Both the position numbers and the translations under genes were made by a program. Shown in pieces: positions 1 through 10,496 of a stretch of DNA of 64,000 nt (the stretch's first letter is position 1; every line of letters begins with the position of its first letter). This DNA comes from Eledone cirrhosa (taxonomy: Eukaryota), in contig OZ024747.1 of assembly GCA_964016885.1 (NCBI GenBank), positions 4,154,001 through 4,218,000 on the forward strand. Direction: 5' to 3'. The notes beneath the pieces were generated by a model that made no database searches, was not told the origin of the DNA, and worked only from the letters and a program-made list of their open reading frames with translations.

Positions 1-835
1 CTAACCACTAAGCCATGTTCCTTAACTGTGTGTGTATGTGTATTTATATATATATGTGTGCATATATGTATGTGTGTGTGTATATTTATATATATATAAG
101 TATATATGTATGTTGGTTTCAAATGATCAAAGGCCCAAACAATACTTATAAGATTCAAACCTAGTGTTTTATTCGAAATGTTCAATCTAAAGAGAATTTC
201 ATCAATAAATATAAGATATGTTATATCTTTTCACAGCAGGAAATTTATAATGTTGGTTAATGGTTGAAGTTTGAAAAAGGCATTAGTCTTAGTAGAAGTC
301 ATTCTAAGCTCTGTTAGAAGTTGAACATGTTACAGATATTAGGGTATATATTTCCTCTCTTAAGTGTGAGATTTCAGATATTGAAAGTTAGAGATCATGT
401 ATGTTACAGAAAAGTGTTGATTAACAGCAGAACAAGCCTTAGTTGAAGAGAAATCCTTAATAGATTTTTCCTTCCAAGGTTAGTAATTGGCAGTGATGGC
501 ACAAGTTAGAAAGGATCCACTCGCAAAACGTCCAAACATGTTCAATGAAGGGATGGAGTTTATATATACAGATCATCAGAGAAGACAATATCTATCTATC
601 TATGTATATATATATATGTGTATGTATATATATATCCAAAATTAAGATAAATCAAAGTGAATGTAATCTAAATCAAAATTATGGGTGTCATGCCAGAAAG
701 TTCTAATTAACTTTATTTAGTTACCTACCTACCTATGTGTGCTGACACACTTGTAAAAAGTATCCCCTGTCATTGTTTCATATGTTTATTTATATGTTAA
801 TCAATTTCTAGTTGTTATATATATGTATATATGTG

Positions 836-1491
836 TGTACTATATCATGTATATATATATATATATCATGTACTATATCATGTACTATATCATGTACTAT
901 ATCTTGTACTATATCATGTACTATATCATGTACTATATCTTGTACTATATCATGTACTATATCATGTACTATATCATGTACTATATCATGTACTATATCA
1001 TGTACTATATCATGTACTATATCTTGTACTATATCATGTATTATATCATGTACTATATCATGTACTATATCATGTACTATATCTTGTACTATATCTTGTA
1101 CTATATATTGAACTATATATTGTACTATATCATGTACTATATCATGTACTATATATAGTACTATATATTGTACTATATATTGTACTATATATTGTACTAT
1201 ATATTGTACTATATATTGTACTATATCATGTACTATATATTGTACTATATCATGTACTATATATTGTACTATATATTGTACTATATATTGTACTATATAT
1301 TGTACTATATATTGTACTATATATTGTACTATATCATGTACTATATCATGTACTATATATTGTACTATATATTGTACTATATCGTGTACTATATCATGTA
1401 CTATATATTGCACTATATCATGTACTATATATTGTACTATATCATGTACTATATATTGTACTATATATTGTACTATATCATGTACTATATC
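836..1491. repeat. 12-bp minisatellite (TGTACTATATCA / TGTACTATATAT variants)
   Basis: Direct tandem periodicity of 12 bp; explains the IVHD/IVQY periodic ORFs. Confidence 0.95.
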
Positions 1492-1959
1492 AACCTATTA
1501 CTTTCATTTTCATTTTCTCATCTCCCTCTCCTCTCTCTCCTCCACTTCCCCCCACTATCTCCCCCACTTCCTCCCCCACTTCTCCCCCACTTCCCCCCCT
1601 CTCTCCCCCACTTCCCCCACTATCTCCCCCACTCTCCCCCCACTCCCCCCCCACTCTCTCTCCCATTGCTCTCTCTCCCTCTCCCTCTCTCAATCCATTA
1701 TGGAGTGGACATATACAAGTGGACACTGTAATGTCTGCCAGTATTTCCTCCTGTTAGTGAATGTGTTGCCCTATTGAACTAGTTCCGTTTCAATAGATTC
1801 TGAGCCCCTCACCCCCCTTACCAGGGGACAGGGTTGATAGTTGTTTCACGTCAGCCGTTTCTATAATCACAGATTTACACATCTTAGCCATGCTTTTTAT
1901 TTGCTTCTAATCATTTAATATAGATTCCTTTCAAAGAAATAAAGGAGAGAAGCACAACT

Positions 1960-2337
1960 CACCTCACTCTATCTTCTTCTCACTCTCTCTTCCTCTCACT
2001 CTCTCTCTCCCTATCACTCTCTCTTCCTCTCACTCTCTCTCTCCCTATCACTCTCTCTCTCCCTCCCTCCCTCTCTCTCTCACTCCCTCCCTCTCTCTCT
2101 CACTCCCCCTCTCTCTCTCTCTATCTCTATCTCTCTCTCACCTCTATCTCTCTCTTTCATCTCTCTCACCCCTATCTCTCTCTTTCATCTCTCTCACCCC
2201 TATCTCTCTCTTTCATCTCTCTCAACCCGCTCTCTTTCTCTCTCTTTTTCTCTCTCTTTTTCATCTTTCTCTCTCTCTCTTTTTTTCTCTCTTTCACCTC
2301 TCTTTCTTTCTCTCTTTCTCTCTCACCCCCCCCCCCC
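1960..2337. repeat. CT-rich polypyrimidine microsatellite
   Basis: Degenerate (CT)n tract. Confidence 0.9.
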
Positions 2338-2730
2338 ATAACATGAAAGCCTTAATCAGTGTCACAATGATTACTTCAGCCACTACCAAGATGACAACCA
2401 TTACATCTGTCGTAGAATTAGTATACAGGACTCTGTCTCTAAAGCCCACTTGGTGTGTTGCAGCTTTGCTGACTCAGTTACTTTCAGGATCAATAACAAC
2501 CAGAACAACAACAATAGTGTGAAATACTATGATAAATACTAATAATGATGGGGACCATAATGACGATGATGATGATGATTTATATCGACACCAGTGTGTT
2601 ACTGGTACTTTATTTTATTGATCCCATGAACTCAGATCGTAAAGGGCCATAACTCTATACTGCAGAGATTGTTGTTTGATGCTCTACCAATACTATCAAT
2701 CTACCACCCACTAATAATAGTAATAATAAT

Positions 2731-2917
2731 AATTGTTTCTACTTTAGGCACAAGGCCAGCAATTACCCAGTGCATTACTGGTACTTTATTTTATCGACCC
2801 CGTAAGGATGAAAGGCAAAGTCAACCTCGGCGGGATTTGAACTCAGATCGTAAAGGGACGTAACTATGCTGGAAAGCATGGCGTCCGACCCTCTACCGAT
2901 ACTGCCAATCCACCGCC
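2731..2917 (-). mobile_element. tRNA-derived SINE, family 1 (short subfamily), full length
   Basis: Minus strand reads GGCGGTGGATTGGCAGTATCGG (A box)...GAGTTCAAATCC (B box)...GCCTTTCATCCTTACGGGGTCGATAAAATAAAGTACCAG...(TTA)n tail; many copies in window. Confidence 0.9.
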
Positions 2918-2939
2918 CAATAGTAATAATAATAATAAT

Positions 2940-3135
2940 GGTTTCTTATATAGGCACAAGGCCAGCAATTTTGGGGAGGGGGAGAAAGTCGATTGAATCG
3001 ACCCCAGTGCATGACTGGTACTTTATTTTATCGATCTCGTAAGGATGAAAAGCAAAGTTAACCTTGGCGAGATTTGAACTCAGAACGTAAAGGGACATAA
3101 CTCTATGCTGCAAAGCATGGTGTTTGATGCTCTAA
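2940..3135 (-). mobile_element. tRNA-derived SINE, family 1 (long subfamily with extra C-rich segment)
   Basis: Homologous to 2731-2917 with extra segment TTGGGGAGGGGGAGAAAGTCGATTGAATCG on + strand; a further partial copy lies at about 2580-2710. Confidence 0.85.
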
Positions 3136-3194
3136 CAACAGACAACAATAAAGAAAAAATAAATGATTCCTTTATTGTGCGCAAGTGGAGAAAA

Positions 3195-3500
3195 TACTAA
3201 TAAATAACAATAATTATATCTATCTCCACAGATGATAATAAATCTATCAAGAAAATGAAGAAATGATCTAAATATAAAGATCTAGAGATAGAAATAACCT
3301 GAATGTGGATGATGAAAACAGAAACAATCCCAATAATAATAGGTGCTGTGGGAATGATCTGCATAACACAGACAGATACCCCAGGACTTTCAAATATATC
3401 CAACATATATAACATACTAACACTGAGCTTCACATATTAGGAAGAGTAATCTCAATAGAAACAACAATAGTAACAATACTGCAGATAGCCAAGGTACATA
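3195..3500 (+). mobile_element. Decayed 3' end of an RLE-type (R4/Dong-like) non-LTR retrotransposon
   Basis: Translates with stops to SKYKDLEIEIT*MWMMKTETIPIIIGAVGMI and later HILGRVIS, matching the K..KY.DL..E..RMW...P...GALG restriction-like endonuclease motif. Confidence 0.7.
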
Positions 3501-4058
3501 CAGCTGTGCTCAGTCATACAGTGATGACATGACAGCTGTGCTCAGTCATACAGTGATGACATGACAGCTGTGCTCAGTCATACAGTGATGACATGACAGC
3601 TGTGCTCAGTCATACAGTGATGACATGACAGCTGTGCTCAGTAATACAGTGATGACATGTAATACAGTGATGACATGTAATACAGTGATGACATGACAGC
3701 TGTGCTCAGTCATACAGTGATGACATGTAATACAGTGATGACATGACAGCTGTGCTCAGTAATAGAGTGATGACATGACAGCTGTGCTCAGTCATACAGT
3801 GATGACATGTAATACAGTGATGACATGACAGCTGTGCTCAGTAATAGAGTGATGACATGACAGCTGTGCTCAGTCATACAGTGATGACATGTAATACAGT
3901 GATGACATGACAGCTGTGCTCAGTCATACAGTGATGACATGTAATACAGTGATGACATGACAGCTGTGCTCAGTAATAGAGTGATGACATGACAGCTGTG
4001 CTCAGTAATACAGTGATGACATGACAGCTGTGCTCAGTAATACAGTGATGACATGTAA
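3501..4058. repeat. 32-bp minisatellite (CAGCTGTGCTCAGTCATACAGTGATGACATGA) with 19-bp sub-units
   Basis: Tandem periodicity visible; starts directly after the RLE-LINE remnant. Confidence 0.92.
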
Positions 4059-4082
4059 TAAAAAACAATAATAATAATAATA

Positions 4083-4182
4083 ATTGTTTCTACTTTTGGC
4101 ACAAGGCCAGCAATTACCCAGTGTATTACTGGTACTTTATTTTATCGACACCATAAGGATGAAAGGCAAAGTTAACCTCGGC
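4083..4182 (-). mobile_element. SINE family 1, 3' half
   Basis: Near-identical to 2731-2830. Confidence 0.85.
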
Positions 4183-4299
4183 ACTACAAAGGGTTTGTGT
4201 GTGACAGCTCACACCTATGTAGGTTTAGCTGGCCTCCTCCAAGGTATATCTCGTTGGAGGTGTCTTGGGTAATTTAATGATAGGGACCCCCAGTCCCTA

Positions 4300-4448
4300 T
4301 CATCTCATTTCTACAGCTGAGTAAACTGGAGCAACGTGAAATAAAGTGTCTTGCTCAAGGAAACAACACATCACCCGGTCCGAGAATTAAACTCACAACC
4401 TTTCGATTGCAACCCCAATGCTCTAACCACTAAGCCATGCGCCTTCAC
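4300..4448 (-). mobile_element. tRNA-derived SINE family 2 (CORE-like domain)
   Basis: Minus strand: GGCGCATGGCTTAGTGGTTAG (A box)...GAGTTTAATTC...TTCCTTGAGCAAGACACTTTATTTCACG; related pieces at 1-20 and 36590-36680. Confidence 0.75.
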
Positions 4449-4597
4449 TCACAAAGGGTTTACATCAAGAAAAATATAGTGACAGTACAGGATGAAAACT
4501 TAGCGTGTATGTATGTATGTATGTATGTGTGTGTGTGTGTATGTATGTGTGTATGTATGTTGGTGTGTGGGTTTTGCATGTAAACAAATTTAAACCT

Positions 4598-4992
4598 GAT
4601 TTAGACACAAGGTCAGAAATTTGGGGGTAGGGGTAAGTTGATTAAATCGACCTCAGTGTATTACTGGTACTTTATTTTATGACTCCATAATGAAAGACAA
4701 AGTTAACCTTGGCGGGATTTGAAGTCAGACTGTAAAGGGCTGTAACTCTATGCTGCAAATCATAATGTTCGTTGCTCTACCGATACTGACAATCTACCAA
4801 TAATAACAATAATTGTTTCTACTTTGGCACAAAACCAACAATTACTCAGTACATTACTTTATTTTATCTACCTCATAAGGAATAAAGGTAAAGTTTACCT
4901 CGGCGGGATTTGAACTCAGAACATAAAGGGCCGTAACTCTATGCTGGAAAGAATGGCCTCCGACTCTCTACTGATACTGCCAATCCACCGCC
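4598..4992 (-). mobile_element. Two tandem SINE family 1 copies (4598-4797 long, 4811-4992 short)
   Basis: Both align to 2731-2917; separated by an AAT-rich tail. Confidence 0.85.
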
Positions 4993-6074
4993 CTATCTAC
5001 CAATTCACCATAATAATAATGATAATAATAGTAATTTGTTTTATTTGCCAGAAGGACTTGAGAATAATCTCTAGTTTCTTCTCTCTGGTGTGTTCATTGC
5101 TGAAGAATTATGAAGAATATAAAACTAAAAGACAGAAACCTAATCATTTTGACTGTAGAATCCTGAGGGAGAAGGAAGAGAAGACATATCTTAGGTGGTT
5201 TGTACTATGGTGTGTGTGTTGTGTGTGTAGTGAGGAGTGTGTGTGTAGTGAGGTGTGTTGTGTGTGAATGTGTGTGATATGTGTGTTGTGTATATGGGTG
5301 TAAATGTGTGAATGTGTAAGTGTGTGTTAATAGAAGAATGAGAAAGATAAGGATTAAGAAATCTGAAGGGATCAACTAACAGGATCCTCCCATGGGGAAA
5401 ACAAAATATCTCAAATTCCCACACTTAGTGTTTATTAAAGAAATAGAGATATTTTGATATGTCACATATTTCAACATTTACTGTTTGTTGTTCTCTATAC
5501 TGTAGAGAACAGAAACAACAGCAGTAGTCACAACAACAACAACAGTAGTAACAACAACAGTAGTAACAACAACAGTAGTAACATCAGTAACAACAAAAAA
5601 ACAACAGTAACAGCAGAAACCACAACAACAACAAGTATTGCAGCAGCAACAACAGAAACTACAACAGCAACAACTACCACCAACACAAGAACAAAAACAC
5701 ACAACCACTACAATATTTGTACTTTAAGTATGGTATGGAGGCCCCTGCAACTTCTGGGGAGTCATACTGGTGCTTTAATGACATATGGTGTTTCTTAGGG
5801 CATTTTAAAATCTATCAGAACCCATCTTTTCTCCATGTGCGAATACAGAAAATTTCTTCCAGAGAAGGATAGTGTGTGACAAATGACAGGAGAAAGGGGT
5901 TTAGAGGAAAGAATCAACGCAACTTTACTTCTTTTTTTACCACAAATGGAAGAAAGGTAAAGTTGACTATAAAAAACAAATGGGAATCAACCAACAAGAT
6001 CCCAGACCTTATTCTCTCACCAGAATGTCTCAGGAAAGAATTGCTGAATTGAGAGATCACAGCTCTGATACTAT

Positions 6075-6310
6075 GTGCATGTGGTTAGAATGTCTCAGGA
6101 AAGAATCGCTGGACAGATTTTATGGGCAAAACCAACTGGCAAGAGACAGAGAGGTAGATCCTGAGCAAGATGGTTGGATAACATCCATGAGCTTGGCTGG
6201 ATTCGCTTGGGGATCCAGCCAGATCAGTTGGAGCCGGTTGCATCTGACAGGACCCGCTGGAAGGAGTGTTTGTGGACTCTGCCCCCAACGACCCTTTCAG
6301 AAATAAGTGG
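6075..6310 (+). mobile_element. RTE-clade LINE 3' fragment (second RTE family)
   Basis: Encodes HVVRMSQERIAGQILWAKPTGKRQRGRS*ARWLDNIHELGW...DRTRW; homologues at 44075-44285 (+), 50830-51020 (-), 26320-26670 (-). Confidence 0.75.
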
Positions 6311-6804
6311 GCAAAGAAGAAGAATACCTCTATCTTCCAATTACCTTGTAGCACTGGCAAACACATTCACCTCACCTGTATGCACGAAAACATACATATA
6401 TACACACACCTACACACACACATTGCCATCGACACATCAAAGACAATATCTTGAGTCATTAGTTTCTAAATCCTTGTTGTTCATCAACACTATACAACCA
6501 TTTCATATACATCCACCACCTTATTTCAACACATCAAATCCTCTCCCCACCTCTAGTATATACTATGTTTATTTGATCTATTAATTGATGGCTTCATTGA
6601 TTGATTATCAGTTCTGGTTATCTCAGAAATTATTGAACTTACCAACTTCAATTTGATTTTCTTTGTCTTTTTTGTTTTTGTTTTAATCAATAATTCCTAA
6701 TTAAAATGAAAGGAAATGACAATATGATTTCATTCCAGACTTGTACTCTTTTGGTAAAAGACTTGATTTGAGACCGTGTGTTAAAACTAAAGTAATTACA
6801 TCGG

Positions 6805-7105
6805 AGAACACCTTTTTCAATTCCATATGTCTAACACCCGTGGACATGCTTACAAAATCAGAAAACAATGCAGCTCCCATGACTTTCAGAAACATCTTTT
6901 CATGCTCAGAATTACTGAAGCATGGATCAAACTACCTACATCAGTTGTTAGCTGTCGGGACACTGCATCCTTCAAAACGTTCATGCTTCCCAAAATTCGC
7001 CAACACTACACCTGATATTCCCCCTCCATACACACACGCACCTTTAATAAGTTGTAGTGCACCTGAGCACTGTACACAATAATTCTCATTATTTTTATTA
7101 TTATC
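6805..7105 (+). mobile_element. CR1-type LINE 3' fragment
   Basis: NTRGHAYKIRKQ...HLF.LRI.EAWIKLP; same 3' stem-loop GTGCACCTGAGCAC and (ATT)n tail as copies at 55.1 and 58.1 kb. Confidence 0.88.
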
Positions 7106-7242
7106 ATCATCTCCTAATATCTCCTATTTGTGCTGCCCATTTCACTTTTTGTGGAAATTGTTCACAAGTTCTTTATTTTATAATAAACTCTAAAGACACA
7201 AGTCAAATATATTGATGTATTATTGATATTTAAGTTTGACAT

Positions 7243-7362
7243 TAGTTAAGTCACTGCCTCTGTCTCTCTCCCCATCTCTCACTATAGTTAAGTCACTGTC
7301 TCTCTCCCCATCTCTTACTATAGTTAAGTCACTGCCTCTGTCTCTCTCTCCATCTCTCACTA
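7243..7362. repeat. 37-43 bp tandem repeat, 3 copies
   Basis: TAGTTAAGTCACTG...CCCATCTCTCACTA repeated. Confidence 0.85.
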
Positions 7363-7482
7363 TTAAAAGCAAATGAGGACCTACATTCAATAAACACACA
7401 AAAGCTGTTATGTTCTCTTTGCAATGGAATACATGTGACAAGGTCACAGAGTGCAATGAAGATTGTGACTCCATGAAATAAC

Positions 7483-7722
7483 AGTTTCTGATATAGGCAA
7501 AAACTTAATGGTTTATGAATTAGGCTTAAGGCCAACAAATTTTGGGGGGAGGAAAAATCGATTAAATTTACCCCAGTGCATTACTGGTACTTTATTTTAT
7601 CAACTGTGTAAGAATGGAAGACAAAGCTAATCTAGGTAGGATTTGAACTCAGAATGTAAAGGGCCATAACTATATGCCACAATCACAAAACATGTTGTTT
7701 GACTCTCTACCAATACTACCAA
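7483..7722 (-). mobile_element. SINE family 1, diverged long copy
   Basis: CCCCAGTGCATTACTGGTACTTTATTTTATC...GATTTGAACTCAG core. Confidence 0.8.
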
Positions 7723-7773
7723 TTTACAAGCTCGTTGTTGTGTAGCTCCAGATTAACTCTGAACAAGAAAACC

Positions 7774-8743
7774 TTCTGTGACCATCACATCTTTTGTTGT
7801 TCCAGTGGGGACTTGATTGACTGCTTCTGTGACCATCACATCTTTTGTTGTTCCAGTGGGGACTTGATTGACTGCTTCTGTGACCATCACATCTTTTGTT
7901 GTTCCAGTGGGGACTTGATTAACTGCTTCTGTGACCATCACATCTTTTGTTGTTCCAGTGGGGACTTGATTGACTGCTTCTGTGACCATCACATCTTTTG
8001 TTGTTCCAGTGGGGACTTGATTGACTGCTTCTGTGACCATCACATCTTTTGTTGTTCCAGTGGGGACTTGATTAACTGCTTCTGTGACCATCACATCTTT
8101 TGTTGTTCCAGTGGGGACTTGATTGACTGCTTCTGTGACCATCACATCTTTTGTTGTTCCAGTGGGGACTTGATTGACTGCTTCTGTGACCATCACATCT
8201 TTTGTTGTTCCAGTGGGGACTTGATTGACTGCTTCTGTGACCATCACATCTTTTGTTGTTCCAGTGGGGACTTGATTGACTGCTTCTGTGACCATCACAT
8301 CTTTTGTTGTTCCAGTGGGGACTTGATTGACTGCTTCTGTGACCATCACATCTTTTGTTGTTCCAGTGGGGACTTGATTGACTGCTTCTGTGACCATCAC
8401 ATCTTTTGTTGTTCCAGTGGGGACTTGATTGACTGCTTCTGTGACCATCACATCTTTTGTTGTTCCAGTGGGGACTTGATTGACTGCTTCTGTGACCATC
8501 ACATCTTTTGTTGTTCCAGTGGGGACTTGATTAACTGCTTCTGTGACCATCACATCTTTTGTTGTTCCAGTGGGGGACTTGATTAACTGCTTCTGTGACC
8601 ATCACATCTTTTGTTGTTCCAGTGGGGACTTGATTGACTGCTTCTGTGACCATCACATCTTTTGTTGTTCCAGTGGGGACTTGATTAACTGCTTCTGTGA
8701 CCATCACATCTTTTGTTGTTCCAGTGGGGACTGACTGCTTCTG
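7774..8743. repeat. 51-bp near-perfect VNTR, about 19 copies
   Basis: Unit TTCTGTGACCATCACATCTTTTGTTGTTCCAGTGGGGACTTGATTGACTGC; one recurrent G/A variant and one extra G near 8575. Confidence 0.97.
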
Positions 8744-8874
8744 TGGTGATCACTGTTTAGAGCTTTTAGGTCTTTGGTCTCCAAACATCCATTTTTCTCT
8801 GCAAAACTGGGAGGAGTGCATTTCCTGCCTGTGTAAGGAGTACTGGATGAAAGAGTGATGGATGGTTAAGTGTG

Positions 8875-8918
8875 TCATTGCTTCTTCTCTGGCAATGCCT
8901 TTGCCACTTTGCCTACAG
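8875..8918 (-). CDS. Candidate terminal coding exon (xVGKVAKALPEKKQ*) of an unidentified gene
   Basis: Acceptor atatttcag| at 8919-8920; phase-1 frame compatible with exon 9588-9658. Confidence 0.2.
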
Positions 8919-9167
8919 CTGAAATATATTGCCTGGGGTGGGGTGTAACGGACCCTGCTCCCTTTTCATTATTTTTTATATTTAAATTTTTCCTTTTTTT
9001 TTTTTTTTAACATGTAAACGGTGATGAATCGAAAATTTCTGCCTTTCATTTTTAAATTAAATAAATGTCCACCAACTGTGGAAACCAGCAGAAGTCCATT
9101 TACTTACAATAAATCTGCCTCCCATGAGATGAATATGTGAATAAAGAAGAATGAGATGCTGACTTAC

Positions 9168-9374
9168 ATCATGATCTCTGTAGATACAACTTGCTCATAA
9201 ACTTCATTCAGTCTCCCTCTTTTAAAGCACTATGACACTACCACTACCAACTATATAAGCAGGCAAATTGGCTGTGGATGAAAGGGGGCAGGAAAAAGGG
9301 AGCTTTAATATCCAGTTAGCTCCCATCAGTTGAAAATGGGGAGGAGGACTTCTGAGCATCCCCACATCTCTGTC
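9168..9374 (-). CDS. Candidate exon (phase 1: RQRCGDAQKSSSPFSTDGS*, stop at 9316-9318)
   Basis: Acceptor taattgcag| and donor GAT|gtaagt; unique, GC-richer sequence. Confidence 0.3.
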
Positions 9375-9587
9375 CTGCAATTAATTGGAAACCAAATGCA
9401 ACGAAGCGAGAAAAATGTATGATTCCAAATGATCACATCAAACTGAATGATTCACATTTTAGTGCCGATAAAACAATCTTGTTTGCCTTTGTCTTCTTTT
9501 GGCTATTTTTTTATGCATAGTTTTTATATAGTTATTTTCTTTTTCTGTTTTCTTTCTGAAATATTTTTAAATGTCATATATCCTTAC

Positions 9588-9658
9588 TTTGAAAAGCTAT
9601 TGTTGTAATTGCTGGTACACATCTGATGATTTCTTTAACATCGACATCCATATCGCTT
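9588..9658 (-). CDS. Candidate 71-nt exon (SDMDVDVKEIIRCVPAITTIAFQ, or AIWMSMLKKSSDVYQQLQQ* in the other frame)
   Basis: Long CT tract plus tttgtcatcag| acceptor; AAA|gtaagg donor. Confidence 0.35.
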
Positions 9659-9981
9659 CTGATGACAAACGATAGGAGAGAGAGAGATAGATAGAGAGAG
9701 AGAAGAAAGGGAGAGAGAAAAGGAGGGAGAGAGAAAAGAAAAGAGGGAGAGAAAGAGAAGGAAAGGTAATCAAATTAGATAGTTAAACTAGAAAGAAGAG
9801 AGAAATTATAGAGAGACAAAGAAAACCAGAGTGACATCGATTAAGATAAATTGAACAGAAGATAGAAAGAGAAGAAAAAATAAGTTAAAAAACAAGTGAG
9901 AGGGGGGAGGGGGAGCATGTGGAGGAGTGTGTGTGTGTGTGTGTGGGGGTGGGGGGGGGGGGTTAAGAGATTCAACGTAAC

Positions 9982-10011
9982 CTTTTCTGTTCCATGACAT
10001 CAACATTATTT
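9982..10011 (-). CDS. Candidate 30-nt micro-exon (NNVDVMEQK or IMLMSWNRK)
   Basis: Same tttgtcatcag| acceptor as the next exon; AAG|gttacg donor; length is a multiple of 3. Confidence 0.3.
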
Positions 10012-10496
10012 CTGATGACAAATAATAGAAGAGAGAAGGATGATAGACATAAAGAGATAGACATAGATAGATATAGATTGGTTGGAAATATCAGAGAGAG
10101 AGAGATAGATAGATAGATAGATAGGTAGGTACATTATGTCTGCCTGACAATTGATCTATCTAGTATATATATATATATATATAATGTGTGTGTATTATAT
10201 ATATGTGTGTGTGTGTGTGTGTGTTTGTGTTGGATAGATAGGTGATATAAGTAGGATGATATAGTGAGAATAAAGCTGGAAGAGGGGGGGGGGTGCTTGA
10301 TGACAAGATATTTAATGAAATAACAAGGTGTAATACTTCCTCTCACCATCACTACCACAGAGCCCGACAGAGATTCAACTTGTTACTACCACCATCTAAC
10401 CATTCTCCCCCACATCACTGTCCTCCACCCCCCTATCTCTGGCATTATCAGCAGCAGCAGCAATAGATACTCTTGTCTACCATCGCCTTCACAATC

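Noticed and set aside
120-560. Possible Penelope GIY-YIG relic on the minus strand (SAVNQHFS, TLGLN fragments)
   Set aside because: Too decayed to call without a profile search
808-1757. Periodic Tyr/Ile/His ORFs, plus all similar YI/CV/HT ORFs across the window
   Set aside because: Translations of micro- and minisatellites
2731-2917. A/B boxes suggesting tRNA genes
   Set aside because: No cloverleaf; multicopy SINE heads
7699-8734. Cys/His-rich FCDHHIFCCSSGDLIDC ORF (metallothionein-like) or CRISPR-like array
   Set aside because: Identical tandem units without unique spacers; eukaryotic context; the ORF starts inside a SINE
8875-8918. Resemblance of VGKVAKALPEKKQ* to the eRF3/GSPT C-terminus (IGKVLKLVPEKD)
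   Set aside because: Only 13 residues; no other eRF3-like exon seen on this strand
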